Positions 20,140 through 30,024 of a stretch of 64,000 nucleotides of DNA are shown here, in pieces; position 1 is the first letter of the stretch, and each line of letters opens with the position of its first letter. Source of the stretch: Thermoproteota archaeon. Lineage in GTDB: Archaea; Thermoproteota; EX4484-205; JAAOZP01. The DNA lies in assembly GCA_049700215.1 (NCBI GenBank), contig JBNAVT010000006.1, positions 1-64,000 on the forward strand, read 5' to 3'. The translations under genes were made by a program, and so were the position numbers. Under the pieces are notes generated by a model that had not been told where the DNA came from, ran no database searches, and saw only the letters and a program-made list of their open reading frames with translations.

Positions 20140-20223
20140 CGCCGGGGAAGGGATTCGAACCCCTGCGGCCCGCATGGGCCACTGGCTCTCAAGGCCAGCG
20201 CATTACCGCTCTGCCACCCCGGC
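20140..20223 (-). tRNA. tRNA-Ser(TGA), intronless, CCA not encoded
   Basis: GCCGGGG/CCCCGGC acceptor stem, CTGGC-CTTGAGA-GCCAG anticodon arm, long variable arm, GGTTCGAATCC T-loop, discriminator G. Confidence 0.95.
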
Positions 20224-20306
20224 GGACAGCATCCCCTCCCGTTTAAATTAAATAAGCTTTTTCACCGAGTAACGTTTAAAAGCTGTTTTAAAACCGTTTC
20301 TTCAAC

Positions 20307-20717
20307 GTGGAATTGTTGTCTGAAGACAAGGAGCTGGAGCGCATCCTGGAGGAGAAGAGGAAACGCCTGCTGAACAGGCTTTCCCAGAGCAGTGAGAAGA
20401 GTGGGAAGACCGTTCCTGCGAAACCGGTTGACGATGTGGATAAAACGGTTTTAAGCCTCCTGGATGAGAAGGGTAGGGAGATACTTTCGCTCGCCGAGCA
20501 GGATTTTCCTGAGGAAACCAGGAAGGCTAAGCTCCTGCTCTACGCGCTTGTTAAGAAGGGCTATGTGGATGGGCCTGTTGACGCCGGGGACCTCTACAGG
20601 TTTCTAAGATACCTGGGGATCCCTGTTAGGTACGAGCCGCGCATAGTTGTCGCAGACGGGAAGGAGAGGAAGCCTCTTTCAGAAATCCTTTCAGAGAGAA
20701 TGTCTGAGCTCGAGTAG
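20307..20717 (+). CDS. PDCD5/TFAR19-like archaeal DNA-binding protein
   Basis: SEDKELERILEEKRKRL N-terminus and helical core resembling the archaeal dsDNA-binding family. Confidence 0.6.
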   Translation: MELLSEDKELERILEEKRKRLLNRLSQSSEKSGKTVPAKPVDDVDKTVLSLLDEKGREILSLAEQDFPEETRKAKLLLYALVKKGYVDGPVDAGDLYRFLRYLGIPVRYEPRIVVADGKERKPLSEILSERMSELE

Positions 20718-20749
20718 TCTTCGGAAACCCATAATAGGCCCGGGGCAGC

Positions 20750-21625
20750 ATGCCTCATGGAGGAGGGTTGCAGGTTTCAATACTGCTTCCAGCATCCGTC
20801 ATAGGCGTCTCAGACGACTTGAGGGTTAAAACGTTCAGAGCCGGCCTCGTTGGAAGGGCTGCAGCAATATTCATGGTCGACGAGATAATTATCTACCTCG
20901 ATAATCACGACTCTGAGTCCCTGGAGAACCAGAGGGTTTTCTCAAAGCTCCTCCACTACATGGTTATCCCCCAGTACTTGAGGAGGCTCGTCTTCAAGAA
21001 GCAGGAGGAGCTTAGGTTCGCAGGCCTCCTCCCTCCTTTGAAAATACCGTCGCACACCGTGCCCGCATCCCTTAAGCATGTTAAGCCCGGGGGCTTCAGG
21101 CTCGCCGCAGTGGTTAGGGCTGAGCGCGGCAGGATTGTTCTGGAGGCTGGGCTGGAGAAGACCCTTACTGCGCCTGCTCCCGAGCCCCCGCTTGAGGCTA
21201 GAGTAGGCAGCGTTGTCCTAGCCAGGGTTGAAGACCCTTCAAGGCTCTCCGCTAGGATAGTCAGCCCCGGGGAGTCGCCGTTCTACCTGGGCTACCGTGT
21301 TTCAACACCAAGGAAGATGCTTGGAGAATTTCTGAGGAGTGTTGACGCTGTTAAAATAGGTACTTCAAAGTATGGCGAGCCCGTTTGGAGAAAGATAGGG
21401 GAGCTTAGGAGGCTTTTCTCCGGGGGAGGGAGGATAATGGTGGCATTCGGCTCGCCTTCAATGGGGCTTAGGGAGATACTGGCTAGAGAAGGGTTGAGGG
21501 CTGAGGATGTTTGCAGCATCCTCGTCAACACGGTGGGGGAGCAGGGTGTTGAAACAGTGCGCACTGAAGAAGCCCTGTACATAACTCTCCCCCTGGTGGC
21601 TTCTTTAGCTAGGGGATACTGGTAA
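20750..21625 (+). CDS. SPOUT RNA methyltransferase (MTH1/SPOUT1, DUF171 family)
   Basis: GRAAAIFMVDEI, GLLPPLKIPSH, FGSP, NTVGEQGVETVRTEEA; usual archaeal position upstream of rpl3. Confidence 0.9.
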   Translation: MPHGGGLQVSILLPASVIGVSDDLRVKTFRAGLVGRAAAIFMVDEIIIYLDNHDSESLENQRVFSKLLHYMVIPQYLRRLVFKKQEELRFAGLLPPLKIPSHTVPASLKHVKPGGFRLAAVVRAERGRIVLEAGLEKTLTAPAPEPPLEARVGSVVLARVEDPSRLSARIVSPGESPFYLGYRVSTPRKMLGEFLRSVDAVKIGTSKYGEPVWRKIGELRRLFSGGGRIMVAFGSPSMGLREILAREGLRAEDVCSILVNTVGEQGVETVRTEEALYITLPLVASLARGYW

Positions 21626-21745
21626 GCATATGGCGTGTTTCCAAGGGAAACAGGCCTCCAACAGGTTTCATTCCCGCGGGGGAAAAGGTTAAAACGGGTT
21701 GCTCATTCCTTTGACAACCACGCTGATTAAAAGGGGATTACCGAG

Positions 21746-22756
21746 ATGGGTCACAGGAAACAAAGTGCTCCGAGACACGGTTCGCTCGCGTTCCGCCCTA
21801 GAGCACGGTTTAAACGGCTAACCCCCCGGATAAGGTTCTGGCCTGAGGTTGACGGTGAAACAAGGCTTCTAGGCTTCGCCGGCTACCGGGTGGGGATGAC
21901 TCACGGCTTCACGATAGACACTTCCGAGTCCTCGCCATTCAGGGGGAAGGAGGTTTTCACGCCGATCACGATTATTGAAACACCCCCTTTGAGCATCGTC
22001 GGAGTAAGGCTCTACGGCAACAGTCCCCAAGGCCTCAAAGTAGTATGGGAGGGGTGGGCGAAAACCGTTCCTGAGAACCTTAAGAGGAGGATAAACTCGC
22101 TGGGTAACCGTAAGGAGGCGGCTGATCCACGAGTTCCCGAGGGCGTTGCTGAGAAGACAAAGGAGGTCAGGGTCATAGCGGCGACGCAGCCACATCTCGC
22201 CGGCCTGGGGAAGAAGACGCCTGAGGTTTTTGAAATAGGCGTCGGCGGGGGGAGCGTGGGTGAGAGGATAGGCTACGCCATGTCGCTGCTCGGCAGGGAG
22301 GTTTACGCGAAGGATGTTCTGGAAGAAGGTGCCTACGTTGATGTTTTCGCAGTAACCAAGGGGAAGGGTTTCCAGGGTGTTGTTAAAAGGTTCCGGGTTA
22401 AGATTCTCGACAGGAAGAGTAACAAGACGAGGAGGGGTGTTGCCACACTGGGCCCGTGGAAGCCTGCTGGAGTAATGTACACGGTGCCGAGGCCCGGTCA
22501 AATGGGATACATGCAGAGGCTTGTCAGAAACCTGCAAGTCCTCAAGATTGTCGAGAGCCCCGGCGAGATTAATCCCGCCGGAGGGTTCCACAAGTACGGC
22601 GTTTTAAGGAGCTCCGCGGTTATTCTGAACGGGAGTGTCCCCGGCACGCCTAAGCGGCTTGTTAAAATAAGGGTTTCAGCCAGGAAGCTCGGCGAGAAGC
22701 CGAAGCAGCCGCCTGTTTTAACCCATGTCAACATCAGGAGGAGTGTTGCAGCATGA
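21746..22756 (+). CDS. rpl3: 50S ribosomal protein L3
   Basis: PRHGSLAFRPR, GYRVGMTH, TKGKGFQGVVKRF. Confidence 0.98.
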   Translation: MGHRKQSAPRHGSLAFRPRARFKRLTPRIRFWPEVDGETRLLGFAGYRVGMTHGFTIDTSESSPFRGKEVFTPITIIETPPLSIVGVRLYGNSPQGLKVVWEGWAKTVPENLKRRINSLGNRKEAADPRVPEGVAEKTKEVRVIAATQPHLAGLGKKTPEVFEIGVGGGSVGERIGYAMSLLGREVYAKDVLEEGAYVDVFAVTKGKGFQGVVKRFRVKILDRKSNKTRRGVATLGPWKPAGVMYTVPRPGQMGYMQRLVRNLQVLKIVESPGEINPAGGFHKYGVLRSSAVILNGSVPGTPKRLVKIRVSARKLGEKPKQPPVLTHVNIRRSVAA

Positions 22757-23550
22757 TGAGCCTGGAGCAGGTTAGAGTCAGGGTTCTGAACGAGAACGGT
22801 GAGGAGGATGGTGAAGCCTCAATACCGGGGTTTATCCTCCAGACTGAGGTTGAGGAGCATCTTGTGAGGAGAGCCTTCCTGGCGGCTCAGTCGAGAAGAC
22901 TCCAGCCACAGGGCAGGGACACGATGGCTGGCAAGAGGACCACTGCTGAAAGCTGGGGAGTCGGCTACGGCATAGCTAGGGTGCCGAGGACTGAGAGGGG
23001 GGTTGCGAGGCTCGCCCCGATGACTGTTAAAGGCAGGGTTACGCACCCGCCGCGTGTCGAGAAGAAGATTAGGAAGGAGATAAACAGGAAGGAGTATAGG
23101 AAGGCCTTCGCCTCAGCACTGTCAGCAGTCTTCAAGAAGGAGGTTGTTGAGAAGAGGGGTCACAGGCCCGGCTCAGCAAGCATCCCAATAGTCTTCACGA
23201 AGGAGTTTGAAAACATTTCTAAGACGCGCGAGCTCGTCACGCTTCTTGAGAAAATAGGCTTGGCTCAGGAGCTTGAAAGAATCTACGGCAGGCCGAGAGT
23301 CAGGTGTGGAAAATCAAGGTGGAGGGGTAGGAGGCTCAGGAGGAGAGTCGGCCCCCTGATAGTCGTCTCAAACCATGGGACCAGCGTTGTTAAAGCAGCC
23401 TCGGGAATACCCGGGGTGGATGTGAAAACCCCTGAGAAGCTTTCAATAATGGATCTCGCGCCGGGGGGAGTACCTGGGAGGCTGACCATATGGACGCTCC
23501 CAGCCTTCGAGAAGATTGTTGAAAGGGTGAGAAAATATGTCGCAGAGTAG
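22753..23550 (+). CDS. rpl3-linked rpl4: 50S ribosomal protein L4
   Basis: AGKRTTAESWGVGYGIARVPR, LAPGGVPGRLTIWT. Confidence 0.98.
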   Translation: MMSLEQVRVRVLNENGEEDGEASIPGFILQTEVEEHLVRRAFLAAQSRRLQPQGRDTMAGKRTTAESWGVGYGIARVPRTERGVARLAPMTVKGRVTHPPRVEKKIRKEINRKEYRKAFASALSAVFKKEVVEKRGHRPGSASIPIVFTKEFENISKTRELVTLLEKIGLAQELERIYGRPRVRCGKSRWRGRRLRRRVGPLIVVSNHGTSVVKAASGIPGVDVKTPEKLSIMDLAPGGVPGRLTIWTLPAFEKIVERVRKYVAE

Positions 23551-23797
23551 CATCATACTCAGGCCGGTTTCAACGGAAAAGTCCTTCAGGCTCATCGAGA
23601 GAGAGAACAAGCTGATTTTCATAGTGGACCCCAAGGCGGATAAAAACAGTGTTAAAGAGGCTGTTGAGAAGACTTTCAACGTTAAGGTTGAGAAAGTCAA
23701 CATTATAAGAAGCATAACCGGTGAGAAGAAGGCTGTGGTTAAGCTGGCTAAAGAATACAGCGCGATGGACCTTGCAAGCAAGCTTAAAATAGTATAG
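23537..23797 (+). CDS. rpl23: 50S ribosomal protein L23
   Basis: PVSTEKS, ENKLIFIVD, GEKKAVVKL. Confidence 0.98.
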   Translation: MSQSSIILRPVSTEKSFRLIERENKLIFIVDPKADKNSVKEAVEKTFNVKVEKVNIIRSITGEKKAVVKLAKEYSAMDLASKLKIV

Positions 23798-23813
23798 GGA
23801 GGATGATGGTTAA

Positions 23814-24545
23814 ATGGGCAAGAGGCCAATAGTAAGGAGGCGTGGCGTATCACCCAACTTCATGGCCCCAACCCACAGAAGAGTCGCACCAGCCAAATAC
23901 CCAACTCTAGCGAAAGGAGAGAGGCTTGAAGGAACCCTCGTCGCGCTACACCACGACCCCGGAAGAGGAGTACCGCTCGCGGAAATCAGGCTGGACAACG
24001 GGAAAGTCTTCCACACCGTGGCAGTAGAATCAATGTACGTCGGCCAGAGAATATCAATAGGACCTGGAAGCCCACTAGCAGTGGGAAACATAATCCCGCT
24101 CGGCGAAGCACCCGAAGGAATAATGCTCTCAAACATCGAGCGCAAACCCTCAGACGGCGGCGCGCTCTTTAGATCCTCAGGCAACTACGCAGTCCTCGTC
24201 GGAAAAACAAACGGAACAGCAATCCTACAAGACCCCAAAGCAAGAACATTCATCGTAGACGCAAACTCCCTCGGAACAATCGGAGTGACAGCGGGAGGAG
24301 GAAGAACAGAAAAACCATTCCTCAAAGCAGGAACAAAACGCAAACTCATGAAAAGCAAAGGAAGACGCTACCCAATAGTAAGAGGAGTAGCAATGATAAG
24401 TGTGTATCATCCCCACGGGGGAGGAAGACATCAGGGTCCGGGTCGCTCTACTTCGGTTAGTCGTAATGCTCCGCCTGGTGCTAAGGTTGGTTTGATCGCT
24501 CCGAGGAAGACCGGTAGGAAGAAAGCTAGAAGAGTATCCGGATAA
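23814..24545 (+). CDS. rpl2: 50S ribosomal protein L2
   Basis: HDPGRGVPLA, GGRTEKPFLKAG, VRGVAM...HPHGGGRHQ, PPGAKVGLIAPRKTG. Confidence 0.98.
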   Translation: MGKRPIVRRRGVSPNFMAPTHRRVAPAKYPTLAKGERLEGTLVALHHDPGRGVPLAEIRLDNGKVFHTVAVESMYVGQRISIGPGSPLAVGNIIPLGEAPEGIMLSNIERKPSDGGALFRSSGNYAVLVGKTNGTAILQDPKARTFIVDANSLGTIGVTAGGGRTEKPFLKAGTKRKLMKSKGRRYPIVRGVAMISVYHPHGGGRHQGPGRSTSVSRNAPPGAKVGLIAPRKTGRKKARRVSG

Positions 24546-24662
24546 ACATATTTAGAAATCTAGTGGCAGGAACGCGTATGCTATATTTATCAAGAAACTT
24601 GTTACTCAATAGAACCAGATAAAGCGCGCGCTAAAGAGGTAGCCGAGATACGTGGAAATAGA

Positions 24663-26500
24663 GTGGTGAACAATGTAGATAAAGTTGCATTCATAAGCGC
24701 GCGCGCTGCTGAGAATGGGCTTATGCTTTTCGAAACCTACCTTGACGCTAGGAAAGATTATGGTAAGGAGATTGCTGACACCTTTTTAAACAGCGTCGCT
24801 AAGCATCCTGAGCTGTTAAGCCTCTGGAGCGGAGCCGTGGAGGGCGGGGTCGCAATATTCATCGGAGCATCCCATGAACCGGATAGGATATCTTTACCCG
24901 AGGGTATTCGCGAGAGTGTTTACCGCGTCATCATACAGGATTCCGAGGGCGAGAACATCCTGATAGACGGCTTCAGGAGGATCGGCAGCGGGCAGGAGAC
25001 AATCCGCTTCTCCTCTGAGGACACTGCCGGCAGGATAAGGGGAGGCGAGAAATACCTGGTTATTCTTAAGGCTGCAACCCCGGGTGACTTTCTCGAGAAA
25101 TACCCGTCGAGGTTCGTTGAGGCAGCTGGTGGAAACGCCTATCTGGTGGATACTGAGAAAAGCAGGGTCGTCGAGGGATTGGTTGGGGAGCTGGATGAGT
25201 ACGGGGGCTTCGCTTTCATCAGGTTCATGGTTACGGATGCTGACGGAAAACAGGTTGAGCTCAGGCTGACCCAGAGAGGGAGGCTGATGCTGATCTCCGG
25301 CGAAGGGAGAACCATGATAGGCGGGGTGGAGCTGAAAACCGTGTGGGACGATTCTGGAGGCGAGGTGGCTAGGCTCCTGTTCCTGCAGGAGGAGGGCTTA
25401 GACAGGTACGGTGGGATAATTGTTCTAAGCAGGAGGATTCCCTCGAGACCCGTGCTGCTCCTGAGCAACGAGGAGCACGTTATAGAGATAGAGCCAGACC
25501 AGAAATACCTTGATGTAAGCGGGATGCTTAAGAGAATCATTGGTGGCGAAGAATATTTGAGGCTCAGCAGGGAAATGGGCAGCGGGGACGCGGTCCTGGG
25601 GGTTGCTTACCTTAAGCAGGATGGTGAAATAGATTCCGCGTGGACCCAGAGCGCTGACGCGGAGTTCAAGATTAAGGAGGCTGAGGACGTGCTCAGCCTA
25701 ATTATCGTAAGGAAGAACGGGCTTAGCGCGGTGAGCCCAGACGGGGGTGTTAGAGCAGAGCTTTCCGGAGAGTACTTAAAGTTTTACGGCGTCAAGGGGA
25801 TGGGCGAGGGAGCCGCGTTCAGGGTGAGCGAAGCGGGTACGGCCGATTCTCGAGATGACTCTGCCGAGCGGCGAGGCAATCCTGTTCCGAGTTGACGTAG
25901 CCGGAGACGGTAAAACAGTATCCTCGAAGCTGGCCTTAGCAGTAGAAAGGTATGCGCCTGATATAAACCTGGTTGAATACTACGGCGAGCTAAAGATTAT
26001 GCTGAGCGAGCGGTCAAGCGTTCGAGTATACTCTGAGAGACTTGATGGTCGTCGAGTATGAGGACAGCAGGGGAGTCCATAGAACTGCGGTTGGCTTAAG
26101 CGAACCCCTCCCGGATAAAGTGTTGAAGGAACCTCAACACGTCGCCACTAAGCTGTTCACGAAAAGCCTCTTAGAAAAACTGGGATATAGGATTCTGGAG
26201 GAGGAAAAACACTTTGAATGGCAAGGTGAGGATGTATTCTTTGATTTTCATGCAGAAAAACCGGATGAAAAAGTGGCAGTAGTCGAATGTAAGCATGGTG
26301 ATGAAACCGTCAGTAAAATAGATCAAGCCGACAAATATTTTAGAATTGCTAGAGAGAACGGTTGGAGGCTGCTTTATAGTTTTCTGAATGCTCCTCAAAC
26401 CTCTGAAGCTAAAGAGTTACTTAACCACTTAATTGAGCTTATGAGGCAGTATCCAGACACAGTGGAGGTTTTTATAAGTGGAGAGAAATATGGGAGGTAG
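24663..26500 (+). pseudogene. Frameshifted large protein ending in a PD-(D/E)xK nuclease domain (polymorphic-toxin-like)
   Basis: Three overlapping ORFs (24663-25895, 25855-26061, 26042-26500); C-terminal E...FDFHAEK...VVECKHG motif. Confidence 0.6.
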
Positions 26501-26506
26501 GGAAGA

Positions 26507-26976
26507 ATGACTGAATACTGGATGGTGGTCAAGCCCGCGTCAAAAACCCCGAGAAAGATAAGAGAAAGGCTAAGAAGGACCCATACGTTTCATACTTGAT
26601 GAGCAGGGTGGAGGTTTTGATTAGGAAGTGTCGAGACAACATAAGAGTTAACCCCAAAACCCCTGGGCCGGATTTAAAGATTTTCAGGCCCGTCGAAGTC
26701 TTGAATATTGAGGAGGTAAGGAACGAGCTGGAGGTACTGCTTACTAAAAATCTGTTTTCAAAGGATAATCCTGAGGATAGACGGATAGCGGAGGAAGATA
26801 TCAAAAGAACTGGTCTGGCCATTGGGGAGGAAAAGATGGAGCCTGAATAACGTATCGATTCTCGCATCGATTTCATGAATGAGAATGCAAAGGCGTGGGG
26901 CAAGTTCTTAAAGGAAGTATATGACATTCATAGGCAGTATAATGTTAAAATGTGGTTCCACATCGAGGGTGTATAA
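26507..26976 (+). pseudogene. Putative immunity protein, broken by one frameshift and an in-frame TAA
   Basis: ATG at 26507 six nt after the nuclease stop; frameshift near 26550; frame stays open past the TAA at 26848 to ...WFHIEGV* at 26976. Confidence 0.5.
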
Positions 26977-27163
26977 GTACGGGGGAGTAAGATAGTAGTA
27001 TAGGAGTATTGCTCTACTTCTCTTTACTAAGATTCGTTAAACTCTCATGTCCGCTATATAATTCCGCCTCGCTACCTTCAATTCTCTTTGTCGAGATAAC
27101 TACCTTAGCGTGCACCACATAAGCCCGATGCTACAAAGTCTCATAGCGTCGTTAGGCCAAGTA

Positions 27164-27613
27164 CTAACGCAGCAGGACGCTGTCAACCCCTTCTTTGACG
27201 GCTATTTCATGCACCTTCTCATCCCCCGTGTACAGCGTATCGGCTTCGACATGTTTCGCCGTAACCACTTGCAGCGCATCCGCCTCGCAAACATGGTACT
27301 CCTCTATAAGCCGCCAAGCCTGAGCTAGAAGCCTAGCTTTTAATGGGACAACAGTCAGCAGCCTCAGCCTAAGAAGCCTCAGTGTTTCGCCGATGAATTG
27401 GCTTCTAGCAGACGAATACCCCTGAGCATCAAGCCACCCCCTCTTATTGTACCTGTCAAGCACTCCCAGGACTTCACCTATGTTCCAGGAGGAGAACGAA
27501 ACTGCAAGCTTCCCGATTAAAGCTCCCTCATAGACTTTGCTAACCTCCTCGCTACCCGCTTCCTGCACATATCGTTTCACGGTTGCGCTTGAATCCAAGT
27601 AAACCACCAGCAC
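27164..27613 (-). CDS. vapC: VapC-like PIN domain toxin
   Basis: VYLDSSATVKRY, E, DALQVVTA and TGD acidic motifs. Confidence 0.9.
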   Translation of the reverse strand: MLVVYLDSSATVKRYVQEAGSEEVSKVYEGALIGKLAVSFSSWNIGEVLGVLDRYNKRGWLDAQGYSSARSQFIGETLRLLRLRLLTVVPLKARLLAQAWRLIEEYHVCEADALQVVTAKHVEADTLYTGDEKVHEIAVKEGVDSVLLR

Positions 27614-27617
27614 AGCT

Positions 27618-27893
27618 CTATAACCCCCTGGTTTCCCTGAGCTCTCTCAACACCCTACCTGCATCCACTGGCACTAGAGGCCTAACAGGAGTAACCGTCA
27701 ACGGCGACTCTACACAAGCGCCAAGCATCTTAGAAAGCTCTTCTGCAAACACTAAATCAACCACTTCCTCCTCAATCGCCTCCTCCACTGCCCGGCTCAG
27801 AGCCCTCAACCTTCCGCCCCCTCCAATCCTAGACTTGAACTCTTCCCACAATCTTCGATCGATGAGTATGCTTGTCTTCACCTTATCCCTCAA
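27618..27893 (-). CDS. Ribbon-helix-helix antitoxin (VapB-like)
   Basis: KVKTSILIDRRLWEEFK; directly upstream of the PIN gene. Confidence 0.82.
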   Translation of the reverse strand: MRDKVKTSILIDRRLWEEFKSRIGGGGRLRALSRAVEEAIEEEVVDLVFAEELSKMLGACVESPLTVTPVRPLVPVDAGRVLRELRETRGL

Positions 27894-27907
27894 TACCTTT
27901 CACCCTA

Positions 27908-27925
27908 ATTACTCCATGGAGTAAT
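27908..27925. promoter_or_regulatory. Perfect 18-bp palindrome ATTACTCCATGGAGTAAT, probable antitoxin operator
   Basis: Between a minus-strand TATA-like element (27931-27938) and the antitoxin start. Confidence 0.65.
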
Positions 27926-28066
27926 ACTTCTTTATAAGCCTTGCATCGTTAAACCATCTCATTAACAACACCAGTGGCGTGTGCTGAAATTAGTGAAACT
28001 TGCTGCACACTGATCTGTAGGAGGGTTTATAAAGGGTGGTGGAAAACCAGGCTTATTTTCCTCCTC

Positions 28067-28465
28067 TTATTTTGTTACGTATTTTCTAGCAATTCCTTTA
28101 AGTTCATCATCGAATGTTAAAATCTCCGCTTTGTTGTTTTTAGCAATAGCTAGAAGCAGGCAATCATTAAAGGCACTTGCAGGCATCTTTTCCCTCTTCA
28201 TAATTAGGAGAGCAAGCTTTACATCATCTTCTGTCTCGCAGTAAAAATTTACTCTAGCGTCAGAACGATACTCGGAAACTTTTTCCACCAGAAAATCCGG
28301 CGGGGCCTTCACCCTTTTCAACATTACCCAAACGTACTCCAGTAAAACAACCCTAGGCAATATTATAGTCTCAGACTCGTCGAAAAGCTTTGTCGCTAGC
28401 GTATGCCTCTCCGAATCCTCCAGTGTTTCATCCACGAGTATGTTAGTGTCAAAGAGTTGCTTCAT
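28067..28465 (-). CDS. vapC: VapC-like PIN domain toxin
   Basis: FDTNILV, E, FNDCLLLA, TFDDEL. Confidence 0.9.
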   Translation of the reverse strand: MKQLFDTNILVDETLEDSERHTLATKLFDESETIILPRVVLLEYVWVMLKRVKAPPDFLVEKVSEYRSDARVNFYCETEDDVKLALLIMKREKMPASAFNDCLLLAIAKNNKAEILTFDDELKGIARKYVTK

Positions 28466-28688
28466 CGAGCGACTCTTCCACCGTTTTCTCGATCTCCTCG
28501 ACGGAAATCTTGAAGCCCGCCTTATAGGTAAGCCTTCTCTTCTTTACAGGGAAGAGTAAAAGCTTGTCGTTTTCTAGGACGAACTTAACGAGATCTCCCT
28601 CCTTTATGCCCAATAACTCTCTTATCCTGGAAGGAATGGTGACTTGAAAATTTCTAGTAACCTTGGCGGATTCCTCTACGGGATTCAT
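28449..28688 (-). CDS. AbrB/MazE/SpoVT family antitoxin
   Basis: KVTRNFQVTIPSRIRELLGIKEGD. Confidence 0.92.
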   Translation of the reverse strand: MNPVEESAKVTRNFQVTIPSRIRELLGIKEGDLVKFVLENDKLLLFPVKKRRLTYKAGFKISVEEIEKTVEESLDEATL

Positions 28689-28858
28689 AGTAAAAAATTG
28701 GTATTAGTAGCATATAAATTTTTCTAGTAGCGCGCTAAAATGCTTTTTCAATTCTCTTTACCAAGACTTTATAGAACAGAGCTTTACGCTCAGCCTGTCT
28801 TCCACAAACCTTCTGAAAGACGACTCCATTATCCGCGCGAAGTTTCGCAGAGCTGGCT

Positions 28859-29770
28859 TCAGGTTTCAAACAACCCTGTGCTTAAATACTTCTCGCCGCT
28901 ATCTGGCAGAACCGCGACTATTATCCTACCTTCCCCCAGCTCCCTCGCCTTTCTCAGCGCCACAAACATAATGGTCCCGGAACTCATCCCGATTAACAAC
29001 CCCTCTTTCCTAGCTATTTCCCTAGCGACTCTGAAAACCTCCTTCTTATCCTCCTCTCCAATCTCAACTATCTCGTCGAACCATTCCTTCCTGAAAAGCT
29101 GAGTTGGATATTGCTCACCCGGGTTTCTCAATCCTTGAATGCTTACACCAAGCCTTGGGGTGACGCCAACCACCTTTATCCCGGGGTTAAACTTTTTCAC
29201 CCGCATCGACACTCCAACCCCGGTTCCAGCCGTCCCTATTCCTACCACAACCATATCGACTCTCCCATGGGTCTGCTCAAGGATCTCTCTCCCAGTAGTC
29301 TGGTAATGAGCCAAGATGTTTGCAGGATCCTTAAACTGATCCAGGTCAACGTATTTCTCAGGGTTTTCCCTAAGGATTTTCTGCTTCAACTCTATCGCGC
29401 CGCCAGTCCCCTTTTCGCCGGGTGAGAGAACTAGGTCTGCGCCGTAAGCCCTTATTATCTTCCTCCTTTCAATGCTCACTGACTCGGGCATTACTATCGT
29501 GATCCTGTAGCCCTTGGCTGCTGCAAGCATCGCCAGAGCTATCCCAGTGTTCCCGGAGGTCGCTTCAAGAATAATCTTGTCCCTGCTGAGCCTTCCCGAG
29601 GATTCCGCATACTCCATGAGGTAGAGCGCCATCCTGTCTTTAACCGACCCGCCTATGTTGTACCATTCCAGCTTAGCGTATACCGTCGCGTCTCCAGGCT
29701 GAGTAAGCTTGTTTATCCTGACCATGGGGGTCCTCCCTATTAGGCCGGTGATGTCGCTTGCAACCTTCAT
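28859..29770 (-). CDS. cysK: Cysteine synthase family PLP enzyme (CysK/CysM)
   Basis: GGSVKDR, EATSGNTGIALA, GIGTAGT, PDSGEKYLST. Confidence 0.9.
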   Translation of the reverse strand: MKVASDITGLIGRTPMVRINKLTQPGDATVYAKLEWYNIGGSVKDRMALYLMEYAESSGRLSRDKIILEATSGNTGIALAMLAAAKGYRITIVMPESVSIERRKIIRAYGADLVLSPGEKGTGGAIELKQKILRENPEKYVDLDQFKDPANILAHYQTTGREILEQTHGRVDMVVVGIGTAGTGVGVSMRVKKFNPGIKVVGVTPRLGVSIQGLRNPGEQYPTQLFRKEWFDEIVEIGEEDKKEVFRVAREIARKEGLLIGMSSGTIMFVALRKARELGEGRIIVAVLPDSGEKYLSTGLFET

Positions 29771-30024
29771 TTCTTGTAAAAGGCAGCTTTTATAATAGGG
29801 TTATATTAAGCTTTCCCACGAACAGTTAGGCGCTACTGGTTATTTTTTCTCCGGTTATTGAATATTGTGCTAATAAACCAATTGACGGTTTTAGCGCGCG
29901 AAGATTCTAGCATCAATTCTGTTTAAGATGCTTATTATCCTCTAACGATTCTTAGCAAATCCCACTTTACATCAAACTTTTGCGGTAAGTCCTGTCCATG
30001 TTTTTGATGCAGCCAGCGCGCGCG

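Noticed and set aside
21869-22591. Long antisense ORFs (also 81-653, 53397-53906, 62921-63451 and others)
   Set aside because: They are shadows of well-supported genes on the opposite strand or frame, with no recognisable motifs.
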